This document shows, piece by piece, positions 55,300 through 64,000 of a stretch of 64,000 nt of DNA. Source of the DNA: an uncultured bacterium (GTDB lineage Bacteria > Acidobacteriota > Vicinamibacteria > Vicinamibacterales > UBA8438); assembly GCA_963934795.1 (NCBI GenBank), contig CAWWAF010000003.1, positions 2,029-66,028 on the forward strand, written 5' to 3'. The position numbers were made by a program, and so were the translations under genes. The number at the start of each line of letters is the position of its first letter. Position 1 is the first letter of the stretch. The notes beneath the pieces are model-generated. The model was given only the letters and a program-made list of their open reading frames with translations, searched no databases and was not told the origin of the DNA.

Positions 55300-56967
55300 A
55301 TGATTGCCACGCTCCGCACCGTCGCTGCCGCTCTGCTCGTCGCGGTCTTGCTCGCTCCCACTGTCCGCGCTGACGTCCTGTCGGTCGACATCAGTGAGCG
55401 GAGCCCCATTGAGGCCGGGAAGGGCTTCGGCGATGCCGGCCCTTACGAGGAAATCGTGGGACGGATCACCTTTGGGATCGATCCGACCGACTCCAAGAAC
55501 CAGGTCATTCTGAATCTGGATCGGGCACCCCGTAACGCGCAGGGTCTGGTCGAGGCGACCGCCGACTTGAGAATCCTCGCCCCGATTGACCAGAGTCGCG
55601 GCAACGGTGTCGCGTTGGTAGACATCGCCAATCGCGGCCGCATGTCGGCGCTGGGGTTCAACCGTGGCGGCAGTGGGCCGTACGGCGACGGGTTCCTGAT
55701 GAACCAGGGATACACAGCGGTCTGGATCGGCTGGGAGTTTGATGTGCCGGACGGTCGTCCCATCCGGTTCGAGGTGCCCTCCGTTGACGGCCTGCCGGTC
55801 GGTGGACTTGGCTTCGCGGCCGTTCGCGACACCACGGCCTGGATCAAGCATGACCCCGCTGCGCCCGTCAGCGCTGGGCACGCCCTGACGTTTGGCTCGT
55901 CCCAGAGTGGTCGCTTCCTTCGGACCTTCCTCTACCTGGGATTCAACACCGATACAGCGGGTCGGCAGGTCTTCGACGGGATGATTCCGCATATTGCCGG
56001 ATCGTCCCGACTGGACCTGAATGAGCCCGGCGCTGAGCCGATCACGCTCGGTATGTTCGACGCCACCTCGTTCCCCTTCGCGGATGCGGCGTTGCGTGAT
56101 CCGGTTACCGGCGTCGTCGACGGGACGCTGGGCAACGAGCGCAGCCGCGAGAATCAGCCGCACATCTTCTATACCAACACCGGCGTCGAATACTGGGGCG
56201 GCGGCCGCGTGGCCACGTTGGTGCACGCAACCCCCGACGGGACGACCGATCTCCCGTTGCAGGACAACGTTCGATTCTATTTCCTGGCCGGGACCCAGCA
56301 CGGGCCTGGCGCCTTCCCGCCTCCCCCTCCCGGCAACCGCCAGGAGATGGGCAACCCCACTGACTATTGGTGGAACATGCGGGCGTTGTTGACGTCGCTG
56401 AAGGACTGGGTGGTCGATGGTGTCGAGCCACCGGCCAGTCGCCACCCGCGGTTCGCCGACGGGAATCTGGTGTCACCGAAGCAGATTGCATTTCCGGCGA
56501 TACCTGACGTCCGCTCCCCGAGTGACCGCGAAGGCGGCACCAGATCGGCGAACCGGTGGCTGGAGGCGGCTTCTGGCGACGAAGGCACGGCGCTCCCGAT
56601 GTTCGTGCCCCAGGTCGATGCCGACGGTAACGAGACCTCCGGCATCCTTCATCCTGAGGTCGCGGTGCCACTGGCCACCTACACCGGGTGGAACTTCACG
56701 AACCCGGACAATGGCGATCCCAACACGCTGGTTTCCCTGGCTGGCTCCTACATCCCGTTCCCTGCCACGCGTGAGCAACGTCAGCGCACCCGTGACCCGC
56801 GGCCGTCCATCGAAGAGCGCTACGACTCCCGTGAGGACTTCTTGACCCAGATCGAGACCGTGGGACGGGAACTGATTGGACAGCGATATCTTCTGGAGGC
56901 GGACCTGCCGGCCATCGTCGAGCGCGCCGCGGACCACTGGGACCTGCTCGTTGGCGCCAACGAATAG
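55300..56967 (+). CDS. secreted hypothetical protein (alpha/beta-hydrolase-domain-like)
   Basis: 555 aa with a signal peptide. The N-terminal region ...GDAGPYEEIVGRITFGIDP...LRILAPIDQSRGNGVALVDIANRG resembles proteins I recall as annotated 'alpha/beta hydrolase domain-containing'. I could not verify a catalytic triad. Confidence 0.45.
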   Translation: MIATLRTVAAALLVAVLLAPTVRADVLSVDISERSPIEAGKGFGDAGPYEEIVGRITFGIDPTDSKNQVILNLDRAPRNAQGLVEATADLRILAPIDQSRGNGVALVDIANRGRMSALGFNRGGSGPYGDGFLMNQGYTAVWIGWEFDVPDGRPIRFEVPSVDGLPVGGLGFAAVRDTTAWIKHDPAAPVSAGHALTFGSSQSGRFLRTFLYLGFNTDTAGRQVFDGMIPHIAGSSRLDLNEPGAEPITLGMFDATSFPFADAALRDPVTGVVDGTLGNERSRENQPHIFYTNTGVEYWGGGRVATLVHATPDGTTDLPLQDNVRFYFLAGTQHGPGAFPPPPPGNRQEMGNPTDYWWNMRALLTSLKDWVVDGVEPPASRHPRFADGNLVSPKQIAFPAIPDVRSPSDREGGTRSANRWLEAASGDEGTALPMFVPQVDADGNETSGILHPEVAVPLATYTGWNFTNPDNGDPNTLVSLAGSYIPFPATREQRQRTRDPRPSIEERYDSREDFLTQIETVGRELIGQRYLLEADLPAIVERAADHWDLLVGANE

Positions 56968-56992
56968 CGAGTAGCGGCCCACCATTGTCATC

Positions 56993-57835
56993 GTGTCGAT
57001 TACGGGACCACTGACGGACCCCGACGAGCTGGCCAAGCACCTGGGCCGGCCGGGCGTTGTCGTGTTGGACGTCAGGCGTGGCGAGCGATTCGCGACGGCA
57101 CACCTGCCCGGCGCGAGACACTTCAGTGTCTACGGCATCAACACCTATGACACCGATGAGTCATCGCTACGGTCGTTCGTGCGGATGTGGGCATTCCAAC
57201 TGAACCTGGCGGGAATTAGACGGGACGATACGGTGGTCGTGTGCGGCGACTACAGTGACGAGCCCGCCGCCCGCGCCTACTGGTTCTTGAGATACCTCGG
57301 ACATCCGGAGTGTGCGCTGCTGGACGGTGGGTTGACCGGGTGGGCACGCGCCGGACACCAGACAGAACAGGCGGCGGCGGTTCCCCTCCCAACCTCCTAT
57401 CGGTACACCGTAGTCGATGCGCTGGTCGCCAATTGGCGCCAAGCCGGGGCCGCCGGACGCGACGCCACCGCGGTGTTGCTCGACACCCGTAGCGACGAGG
57501 AGTGGTACGGACACGATGGCCGGGGAGCCGAGCGCGCGGGCGCCATGCCGGGAGCCGTGCATCTCGAGTGGACGCACCACTTGGGCGAAGACGGGCGGTT
57601 CAAGTCGCCCCGCATGCTGTCGGCCCTGTTTGAGGATGTTGGTGCCACGCCGTCGGCACCCGTGGTGGCCTACTGCAATACCGGCTACCGGTCGGCCCAC
57701 GCCTGCCTCGCGCTCGAGTTGGCTGGCCACGTGCCGGCCCGCAACTACGTGGGCTCGTGGCAAGAGTGGGGCAATCGGTCTGAGTGTCGGGTGGTCCGGC
57801 CGTCTCCACGCGGCGGCGCTGCGCCGCTGGCCTAG
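56993..57835 (+). CDS. rhodanese-domain sulfurtransferase (thiosulfate/3-mercaptopyruvate type, two domains)
   Basis: Tandem rhodanese architecture with the active-site loop YCNTGYRSAH. GTG start. Confidence 0.8.
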   Translation: MSITGPLTDPDELAKHLGRPGVVVLDVRRGERFATAHLPGARHFSVYGINTYDTDESSLRSFVRMWAFQLNLAGIRRDDTVVVCGDYSDEPAARAYWFLRYLGHPECALLDGGLTGWARAGHQTEQAAAVPLPTSYRYTVVDALVANWRQAGAAGRDATAVLLDTRSDEEWYGHDGRGAERAGAMPGAVHLEWTHHLGEDGRFKSPRMLSALFEDVGATPSAPVVAYCNTGYRSAHACLALELAGHVPARNYVGSWQEWGNRSECRVVRPSPRGGAAPLA

Positions 57836-57869
57836 TCGCCAACGGCGCCCGGTCCTGTGCGGCGGTTGC

Positions 57870-58667
57870 CTACGAGAGCACGTCGATGATGCGTGGCACC
57901 GTCCCTCGTTCACCGAGGCGTACCGCCTTCGTGACCAGCGTCCCCACCACGGTGGGATAGCGAACGACGTGTGCGAGCGCCAGGACATCATCGTCCAGAC
58001 GGGCGATGCGACTCGCTTGGTCTTCGTCGCTCAGTGGCGCGAGGTGTTGGGCGACCGACCACGCGTGGTCGCGGGCCCGCTCCATGCTGAAGTTGATTAC
58101 CGCGGTGTCGACGTCTCCCAGATACCGGTTCAGTAGCCGCAACGTCGTCCAGATGCGCGCCAGCTCATCCTGAACCTCGCCGACCAGCGAAGCGAGAATC
58201 CCGTTTATTCGGTTGAAGTCCCCATGCAAGGCTGGCAACTGGGGGCCAGGTGCAACGCGGGCGGCGGCAATGCCGAGGTCCAGATTGATGTGTGCGTTGA
58301 TACCCAAGAGAAGGTGTTGCAGGACGATGGGCCACCATTGGTCCGTGACATCGAATGCACACTGCCACGACCGCGTAAGAGCGTCGCCCTCTCGATAGGC
58401 GTCGAACGCGTCCAGATACCGGCTGGCAAACAGGACGTCCAGCCGTTCCATGCGTGGGCCGTCGTCGAAGACGCCGTTCGCGATGCCATCCCGCACCTCT
58501 ATCGTGACCTTGCGGTAGAGCGCGGGAAAGTAACCCAGCCTCGACCCATCTGTTTTCGCGTCGTCGACGATGGTGGTCAGCCGACTGATGACGTCGTCAA
58601 TTGTGCGGGAAGTGGCGGTCATGGCGTGGTCGCAGTCTGCAACACCGGATCTTGGCATGGATGGCAC
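57870..58667 (-). CDS. hypothetical protein (DUF5995-like)
   Basis: 265 aa. The sequence YFPALYRKVTIEVRDGIANGVFDDGPRMERLDVLFASRYLDAFDAY matches my recollection of DUF5995. Unverified. Confidence 0.45.
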   Translation of the reverse strand: MPSMPRSGVADCDHAMTATSRTIDDVISRLTTIVDDAKTDGSRLGYFPALYRKVTIEVRDGIANGVFDDGPRMERLDVLFASRYLDAFDAYREGDALTRSWQCAFDVTDQWWPIVLQHLLLGINAHINLDLGIAAARVAPGPQLPALHGDFNRINGILASLVGEVQDELARIWTTLRLLNRYLGDVDTAVINFSMERARDHAWSVAQHLAPLSDEDQASRIARLDDDVLALAHVVRYPTVVGTLVTKAVRLGERGTVPRIIDVLS

Positions 58668-58817
58668 GGTCCGGCTACTGCGGGGCCGCAGACTGGCGGT
58701 TGACGCGATGGCGACCCAGGGCGGGTCCGCCCGTATAATGCGTCAGGGGCTCGACAGTTGGTCTGGGTCTCACGGTCGCCCCGCCACCTCCACAGGTCGG
58801 GCAGAGGAGTTGCATCG

Positions 58818-60152
58818 ATGGATCGCCCGGTTCACCGCGTCGTCAACCTGATCGAGGATGCCGACCAGCGCATTCTCAACATGACGGCCGACACGGCTCG
58901 GGCGTTGCTACTCGACGCCCGCCCAGACGCCATGCTCGATGTGCATGGGTCGTTCGCGCTGGCCGCTCGAGACGGCGAGACGGTGCTGATGGCTCGCAGT
59001 CTCGATCGGCCGATGCGGTATTTCCTGGCCAAAGAGACCGCCGGACCGATGCTCGTGATCGGGGAGCGGATCGACGACCTGAAACGCGTGCTCGATAGCC
59101 ACGGCTATGGGCATCAGTTTCATCCGAGTTACACGCGGATGGTGCCGGCTCATCACGTCACCGCCCTCCGGCTGATCGGGTGTCCGGACCCGACGCCGCA
59201 ACAACGCCGATTCTTCGCGCCGCCCCACGCTACGATGTCGACGGACCTCCAGGGCATCGGCGACTCGTATGTGGCGGCCCTGCACCATGAAGTGACCGAA
59301 TGGCTCGTGCGGCAACCGAAGACCGAGCCGATTGGGGTCTTGTTCTCGGGTGGCATCGACAGCGGGGCGATTCTGGTCAGCGTCTATCGCGCATTGCTCG
59401 ACAGCGGACAGAGTCCCAGCCGTCTGAAGGCGTTCACTCTGGCGGTCGATGGCGGTGGGGCCGACGTGGCACAGGCGCGTGAGTTTATGAGACGGCTCGG
59501 ATTGGAGATGTTGCTGGAGGTGGTTGAGGTCGCTGCGGAGCGTCTCGACCCGTTCGAGGCCGTCGAGGTGATAGAGGACTACAAACCGCTGGATGTCGAG
59601 TGCGCGACCGTGGGGCTGGCGTTGCTGCGTGGCATACGCGAGCGTTATCCCGACTGGCGCCTCCTGTTGGACGGCGACGGCGGCGACGAAAACCTCAAGG
59701 ACTATCCGATCGAAGAGAACCACGAACTGACCATCCGGAGCGTCGTCTCCAACTCGATGCTGTATCAGGAGGGGTGGGGCGTTGGTGCCATCAAGCACTC
59801 GCAGACCTACTCGGGTGGTTTGTCCCGTGGGTGCGTCCGGACCTTTGCACCGGCTCGTCTATTCGGGTTCGCTGGGCTGAGTCCGTTCGTGCGCCCGTCG
59901 GTCATCCAAGTCGCGGAGTCGATACCGTTTGGGACGCTTGCCGCCGGGTCGACCGAGGCCCTCTACGGCTTGAAGGGGGAGGTGGTGCGTCGCGGTATGC
60001 GCTCGTGCTTCGATCTGGACTTTCCCGTGTTCGAGAAGCGCCGGTTCCAGCACGGTGCCGTCGACGACGACGTCTTTCGCGGCCTGTTCGCCGTGCCTCC
60101 TGAACGGTACCGGGCCCACTTTCACTCCTTATACGGCCAGTCCGCGCCGTAG
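58818..60152 (+). CDS. asparagine synthetase-like ATP-pyrophosphatase (PP-loop), apparently lacking the N-terminal Cys nucleophile
   Basis: ATG 58818 is preceded by GAGGAG. PP-loop VLFSGGIDSGAI. The N-terminus begins MDRP, whereas glutamine-hydrolysing AsnB begins MC. This resembles beta-lactam synthetase or CarA-type relatives. Confidence 0.7.
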   Translation: MDRPVHRVVNLIEDADQRILNMTADTARALLLDARPDAMLDVHGSFALAARDGETVLMARSLDRPMRYFLAKETAGPMLVIGERIDDLKRVLDSHGYGHQFHPSYTRMVPAHHVTALRLIGCPDPTPQQRRFFAPPHATMSTDLQGIGDSYVAALHHEVTEWLVRQPKTEPIGVLFSGGIDSGAILVSVYRALLDSGQSPSRLKAFTLAVDGGGADVAQAREFMRRLGLEMLLEVVEVAAERLDPFEAVEVIEDYKPLDVECATVGLALLRGIRERYPDWRLLLDGDGGDENLKDYPIEENHELTIRSVVSNSMLYQEGWGVGAIKHSQTYSGGLSRGCVRTFAPARLFGFAGLSPFVRPSVIQVAESIPFGTLAAGSTEALYGLKGEVVRRGMRSCFDLDFPVFEKRRFQHGAVDDDVFRGLFAVPPERYRAHFHSLYGQSAP

Positions 60153-60167
60153 CCCCTCGGTAATCGC

Positions 60168-61133
60168 ATGGACGGCTGGGTGCGTTCGCTCCGGCGTTCG
60201 AAGGTCGTCAGGCCTTCCGATAGACCACTCGGGGTGGTGCACGAGCGGGAGCGTCGGCCCGCGGGTACGGTGGTCGACGCAACCACCGTCTTTCTGGCCG
60301 GCGCCGAGTGCCCCTTCAGTTGTGTGTTCTGCGATCTGTGGACGCACACGCTGACCGAACGGACGCCTCCCGGCGCACTCCCGCGTCAACTGGCCGGAGC
60401 GCTCGACACGATCGGACAGCGCTCGCTGATCAAGCTCTACAACGCGAGCAATTTTTTTGACCCGACGGCTGTGCCGCCAGCCGATGAGGCGGCGCTCCTT
60501 GGCCTGCTTGACGACTTCGCGCAGGTGACGGTCGAGTGCCATCCTCGGTTCATCGGCGACCGGTGCTTCTCGTTCGCCGACCGACTACAGGGGGCGCTTG
60601 AGGTCGCGGTCGGGCTGGAGACCGTGCACCCCGAGGCGCTGCCGCGCTTGAACAAGCGGATGACGCTGGCCGATTTCGATGCGGCCGCGTCAGCACTCGC
60701 GACGCGGAAGATAGCGCTTCGCGCGTTCGTGTTGCTCGGGTGTCCCTTTGTTGCAGACGAGGAGCAGCTCGACTGGACCCTTCGTTCGGTGTTGCATGCG
60801 GCTGCGGGTGGCGCCGGAACGATCTCCATCATTCCGGTGCGCGGCGGAAACGGTGCGCTTGAATCCCTGGGCGCCGAAGGCCACTGGAATCCCGTGACCC
60901 TCGATCTGGTCGAGGAGACCTTCGACCAGGCATTGCGGCTCAATCTGGAGGATGCGGTGGTGCAGGTGGATCTCTGGGATCTCGAACGCCTGTCCGGTTG
61001 CGACCACTGTGCCGAGGCCCGCGTCAGTCGGCTGGCGGCGATGAATCTGAGCGGTCTGGAAGAGTCGCGCGTCGGGTGCGACTGGTGCGATGCCAGCCGC
61101 CAGGTTCCGGGCGCCCGATCCCGCGGTCTCTGA
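60168..61133 (+). CDS. radical SAM protein (small, Elp3/TIGR01210-like)
   Basis: CPFSCVFC = Cx3Cx2C with an aromatic residue before the third Cys. 321 aa. C-terminal extra Cys pairs (CDHC ... CDWC). Starts 15 nt after the upstream gene. Confidence 0.7.
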   Translation: MDGWVRSLRRSKVVRPSDRPLGVVHERERRPAGTVVDATTVFLAGAECPFSCVFCDLWTHTLTERTPPGALPRQLAGALDTIGQRSLIKLYNASNFFDPTAVPPADEAALLGLLDDFAQVTVECHPRFIGDRCFSFADRLQGALEVAVGLETVHPEALPRLNKRMTLADFDAAASALATRKIALRAFVLLGCPFVADEEQLDWTLRSVLHAAAGGAGTISIIPVRGGNGALESLGAEGHWNPVTLDLVEETFDQALRLNLEDAVVQVDLWDLERLSGCDHCAEARVSRLAAMNLSGLEESRVGCDWCDASRQVPGARSRGL

Positions 61134-61145
61134 CTCGCCCGCGAC

Positions 61146-62756
61146 ATGACCATGCGCTATGACGTGACGGTGATCGGGGCCGGATTCGCCGGCTCCCTGC
61201 TGGCTCGGCTGTTGGCGCTTCGTGGGCGCTCGGTGCTCCTGGTCGAGCGCGACGTGCACCCGCGTTTCTCCCTTGGCGAGTCGTCGACCCCATTGGCGGC
61301 GTTGTCGCTCGAGCGCCTGTCCGCGCGGTACCAACAGCCGGACTTGCGCGCACTTGCCGCGCACGGCCGCTGGCGAAGGGAGCTGTCCGGGCTTCGCTGC
61401 GGCCTCAAGCGCGGCTTTACGTTCTACCGTCATCGGCCCGGCGAGCCGTTTCCCACTACCCAGACGCACGAGGCTCGGATGCTGGTGTCGGCGAGCCCAG
61501 ACGCGGAGGTAGCCGATTGTCAGTGGCTGCGTGCCGACGTGGATACGCACATGGTCGAGCGGGCCCGCGCCGCCGGTGCTGACTATCGCGACCGTTTCGA
61601 GGTGGTCGGGGTGGAGCGGACTGGGGAGCGCCTCCGTCTGCGCGGGCGGTACGGGGGTGAGGACGTCGAGATCGACGCGGGATTTCTGGTCGATGCGTCT
61701 GGCGTCGGAGAAGTCCTCGCGCGGGCGTTCGGAGTCGAACACGAGGCGTCCGAGCCCGATTTCTCGAGTCGACTCCTGTACGGACACTTCGAGGGGGTGA
61801 GGCCGTTCGCCGAGGTGGCAGCCGGCGACGGGGCCACGCTGCCGACGGGCCCCTATCCTGACGACTGGGCTGCCGTCCATCACCTGCTGGACGAGGGCTG
61901 GATGTATGCGTTGCGGTTCGACGACGGGCTGGTGAGCGCGGGCCTCCTCCTCGACGATGCGGCGGTCGTCTCTGGCGCCAGCGCGGGCGACCCCGAGTTG
62001 CGGTGGCGCACGGTGCTGTCGCGGTACCCGACGCTCGAATCAGCATTTGCGGGCGCCCGGCCGCTGCCGCCGGGAATACGGGCGACTGGCCGTCTTCAGC
62101 GTCGGCGGCGGACAGCCGTAGGCGAGCGCTGGGCGATGTTGCCCCAGACGTTCGCCTTCTTCGACCCGCTGTTCTCGACCGGTCTCGCATGGAGCCTGCT
62201 CGGCGTCGAGCGGTTGGTAATCGCTCTCGAGACCGGCCGTCCCACGTCTCAATCGCTGGGCGAGTATGACGCGCTGTTGCGGGCCGAGGCGGACCAGCAA
62301 CAGGCGCTGCTCGCGGCCGCCTACGCCGCCCGTCGTGATTTTCGCGTCTTCCGAGATATGTCGTTCCTCTACTTCGCGTGCGCCAGCTTCGAGGAGCTGC
62401 GGCAGCGTTTGCTCGATGGTTCCGATGAGGTCGATTCCTCCGAGCCATCGGGCGGGCGAGATTCGGCCGCGTGGCGCGGATTTCTCGGCGCCGGCGACAC
62501 GAACTGGGCCGCGTTGTGCGGTCAGGCGCTGGGCATGGTCCGTGCGACCGTGGCAGAAGGTTCCGATGACGCCCGGCGACGATTTTCGGAGTGGGTGGCC
62601 ACGCGGATCGCATCCCGCAACGTCGTGGGACTCGGTGAGTCGCCCACGCATCTGTATGGGGTCGACGTAGACCTGTTGGTGAAGCGCGGAGGCCTGCTTG
62701 GATTGACGGAGACCGAGGTCGAGGAGCGGCTACCTCGCTTGCGCGGTGGCCCCTAA
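61146..62756 (+). CDS. FAD-dependent oxidoreductase (halogenase/geranylgeranyl-reductase-like fold)
   Basis: N-terminal YDVTVIGAGFAGSLLARLLALRG...LLVERD and GESS. EGWMYALRF sits in place of the halogenase WxWxIP motif, so halogenase activity is not supported. Confidence 0.75.
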   Translation: MTMRYDVTVIGAGFAGSLLARLLALRGRSVLLVERDVHPRFSLGESSTPLAALSLERLSARYQQPDLRALAAHGRWRRELSGLRCGLKRGFTFYRHRPGEPFPTTQTHEARMLVSASPDAEVADCQWLRADVDTHMVERARAAGADYRDRFEVVGVERTGERLRLRGRYGGEDVEIDAGFLVDASGVGEVLARAFGVEHEASEPDFSSRLLYGHFEGVRPFAEVAAGDGATLPTGPYPDDWAAVHHLLDEGWMYALRFDDGLVSAGLLLDDAAVVSGASAGDPELRWRTVLSRYPTLESAFAGARPLPPGIRATGRLQRRRRTAVGERWAMLPQTFAFFDPLFSTGLAWSLLGVERLVIALETGRPTSQSLGEYDALLRAEADQQQALLAAAYAARRDFRVFRDMSFLYFACASFEELRQRLLDGSDEVDSSEPSGGRDSAAWRGFLGAGDTNWAALCGQALGMVRATVAEGSDDARRRFSEWVATRIASRNVVGLGESPTHLYGVDVDLLVKRGGLLGLTETEVEERLPRLRGGP

Positions 62757-62810
62757 GCACGGCCCCTGGCCGTCGGCACGACAGTACGTCACGAGGTCTG
62801 GTGTATCGCC

Positions 62811-63758
62811 CTATTCCGTGACGGTGACGGTCACGTCGTAGGACACATCGAGCGCACCGTCAGCGGCGAGACACCGGAGGACATAGGTTCCGGGGGCGGT
62901 GAAGGTGGCCTCGGTGGTGAAGGTCCCATCCGCGGGCGGCTCCGGATTGATGAAGTGCGGGGCCCATGGAGAGTAGGCGCCGGTCCGGGTGTCTTCCCAC
63001 ACACTGACCTGAGGTGGCTCGAAGTCGACCGCATTCGCTCCGCGGTAGAGAAACCATGACACGCGCAGGCCCGTTTCGGTGTTCACGGTGACCCGGGCGC
63101 TGGGTCGCCAACGTCGCGTCAGGGTCGGGTCGAACCGCGCGAACCGCTTGCGGGGCGACTCCGGCACGCCGTCGTCCTCTGAGATCGCCGTCAGCACGAG
63201 CGGTTCGCCTACGCGAACCGTGCGACTCATCCCACCGTCCACCTGGAGGGTCGGCCCCGTATTGGCACGAATCTTCGGGCTGCTCGTCCCGGCTCCGATG
63301 GCGCCGTTCTCTGAGGCCCGTACCATCGAGTCGACGAAGTAGTCCTGGCGCAGCGTTGCGTAGGCCCGCTCCGTCACCCCGTTGACGGTGAGTGTCCAGA
63401 CCAGTTCATCGTCAACCGCGAACTCGTCGGGCACCGGCACCCGGAACACGAACCGGTTGCGCCGGGGCTGAAAAAGGGTCGGTTGCCCAAGGTCCGGACC
63501 ACCCGGCTCCATTGCGTTGTCCGGGCCGACCGGAATGGTTGGGGTTTCTTCCCAGTTGCGGTTCATGTATCCGAACAAGAAGTGACGCGAGCCGTCCACG
63601 TCTTCCTCCCAACCCTCGTAGGCCGGCGAGATGTTCTGATCGGTGGAATACGTCAATCGCTGCGCGTCCGCCGCAGCGGGAGCGAGGATGACCAACGCCA
63701 ACAAAAGCGCGCCCAAGGTGTGCGCTGCTGGAACGCGATGGGTGAGGCAGCCGTTCAT
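62811..63758 (-). CDS. secreted hypothetical protein with C-terminal Ig/PKD-like domain (copy 2 of 46203..47195)
   Basis: Signal peptide. Colinear with copy 1. C-terminal GTYVLRCLAADGALDVSYDVTVTV. Confidence 0.55.
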   Translation of the reverse strand: MNGCLTHRVPAAHTLGALLLALVILAPAAADAQRLTYSTDQNISPAYEGWEEDVDGSRHFLFGYMNRNWEETPTIPVGPDNAMEPGGPDLGQPTLFQPRRNRFVFRVPVPDEFAVDDELVWTLTVNGVTERAYATLRQDYFVDSMVRASENGAIGAGTSSPKIRANTGPTLQVDGGMSRTVRVGEPLVLTAISEDDGVPESPRKRFARFDPTLTRRWRPSARVTVNTETGLRVSWFLYRGANAVDFEPPQVSVWEDTRTGAYSPWAPHFINPEPPADGTFTTEATFTAPGTYVLRCLAADGALDVSYDVTVTVTE

Positions 63759-63801
63759 GGGTTTCGTCCTTGTCCCTGTCTATGCGTCGTGACAATCGAC
63801 C

Positions 63802-64000
63802 TCACTGCTGTGCCGCGGTCTCAGCGGTTTCTCCCGCGGCGCCATCCTGGGCGTCCTCTTCAGTCACATCCGCGATGGTCAGATCGTCATACGGGCACAG
63901 CGGGCAGCCGATGACGTGGTCACCGGTTCTCCAGCCGATCGCCTGACGACGCTCTTCCATCTGCTCGAGGAACTGCTCGTCAGACAGCTTCACCCCAATA
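63802..64000 (-). CDS. 3' end of a second haem-c/Cu-monooxygenase-like gene (partial, runs off the window)
   Basis: ...IGVKLSDEQFLEQMEERRQAIGWRTGDHVIGCPLC... aligns with the C-terminus of 47195..48682 (...LGYAVELTEEQFQGEMADRRAAMKDRNEYDVGCPLC...). The reading frame stays open to the window edge. Confidence 0.5.
   Translation of the reverse strand, partial: IGVKLSDEQFLEQMEERRQAIGWRTGDHVIGCPLCPYDDLTIADVTEEDAQDGAAGETAETAAQQ

Noticed and set aside
1-64000. Global reassignment of TGA (genetic code 4 or 25) as the explanation for the four in-frame TGAs
   Set aside because: TGA terminates genes at family-typical lengths here, for example the LarA homologue at 5..7, the DASS carrier at 53458..53460 and the haem-c/Cu gene at 47195..47197. 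TGA is therefore a normal stop. Only site-specific recoding or mutation can explain the internal TGAs.
1-64000. Search for tRNA (including selC), rRNA, CRISPR repeats, IS elements, integrases and long direct or inverted repeats
   Set aside because: I saw no T-loop or cloverleaf candidates in intergenic regions. I saw no regularly spaced repeats and no transposase or integrase-like ORFs. The only repeated DNA is the 36-nt SECIS block, and the paralogous genes have diverged at nucleotide level.

Overview
High-GC, densely coding bacterial chromosomal segment with about 60 genes. An acidobacterial-type VWA protein and many secreted proteins with AAAQ-type signal peptides hint at Acidobacteriota or a relative, but that is only a guess. 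I found no rRNA, tRNA, CRISPR array, transposase or integrase. Most genes encode ordinary metabolic, transport or secreted hydrolytic functions: FadB-like enzyme, SSS, MFS and DASS transporters, two PQQ dehydrogenases, S46 peptidase, 5'-nucleotidase, aroC, SDRs, TetR and others. The main result is two paralogous two-gene modules on the minus strand (1301..3018 and 9718..11948). Each has a roughly 180-aa ORF interrupted by an in-frame TGA in the motif D-U-G-S-C-T-S-C (UxxCxxC). A near-identical 36-nt block follows the TGA and folds into an 8-9 bp hairpin, which fits a bacterial SECIS and therefore selenocysteine. Each selenoprotein gene lies directly downstream of a conserved uncharacterised partner gene. 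In copy B that partner carries an N-terminal thioredoxin-fold CxxC domain. Copy A sits in an apparent operon with a LarA-family racemase. Copy B sits with a Na+/solute symporter and a FadB-like enzyme. I read this as a candidate uncharacterised selenocysteine-dependent reductase system. Other notable items follow. Two further in-frame TGAs interrupt an ECF sigma factor (at the conserved Trp) and a carboxylesterase. A four-member family of secreted proteins ends in EYACHEGN, and three members surround an ECF sigma/anti-sigma pair. A two-gene cassette (haem-c CxxCH domain fused to a PHM-like copper monooxygenase core, plus a secreted Ig-like partner) is duplicated. A tight asparagine-synthetase-like / radical-SAM / flavoprotein operon is present. 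Two gene remnants are present (half of a MIP channel, and the 5' part of a sorbosone-dehydrogenase-like gene). All functional calls come from motif recognition by eye and no database search was run.
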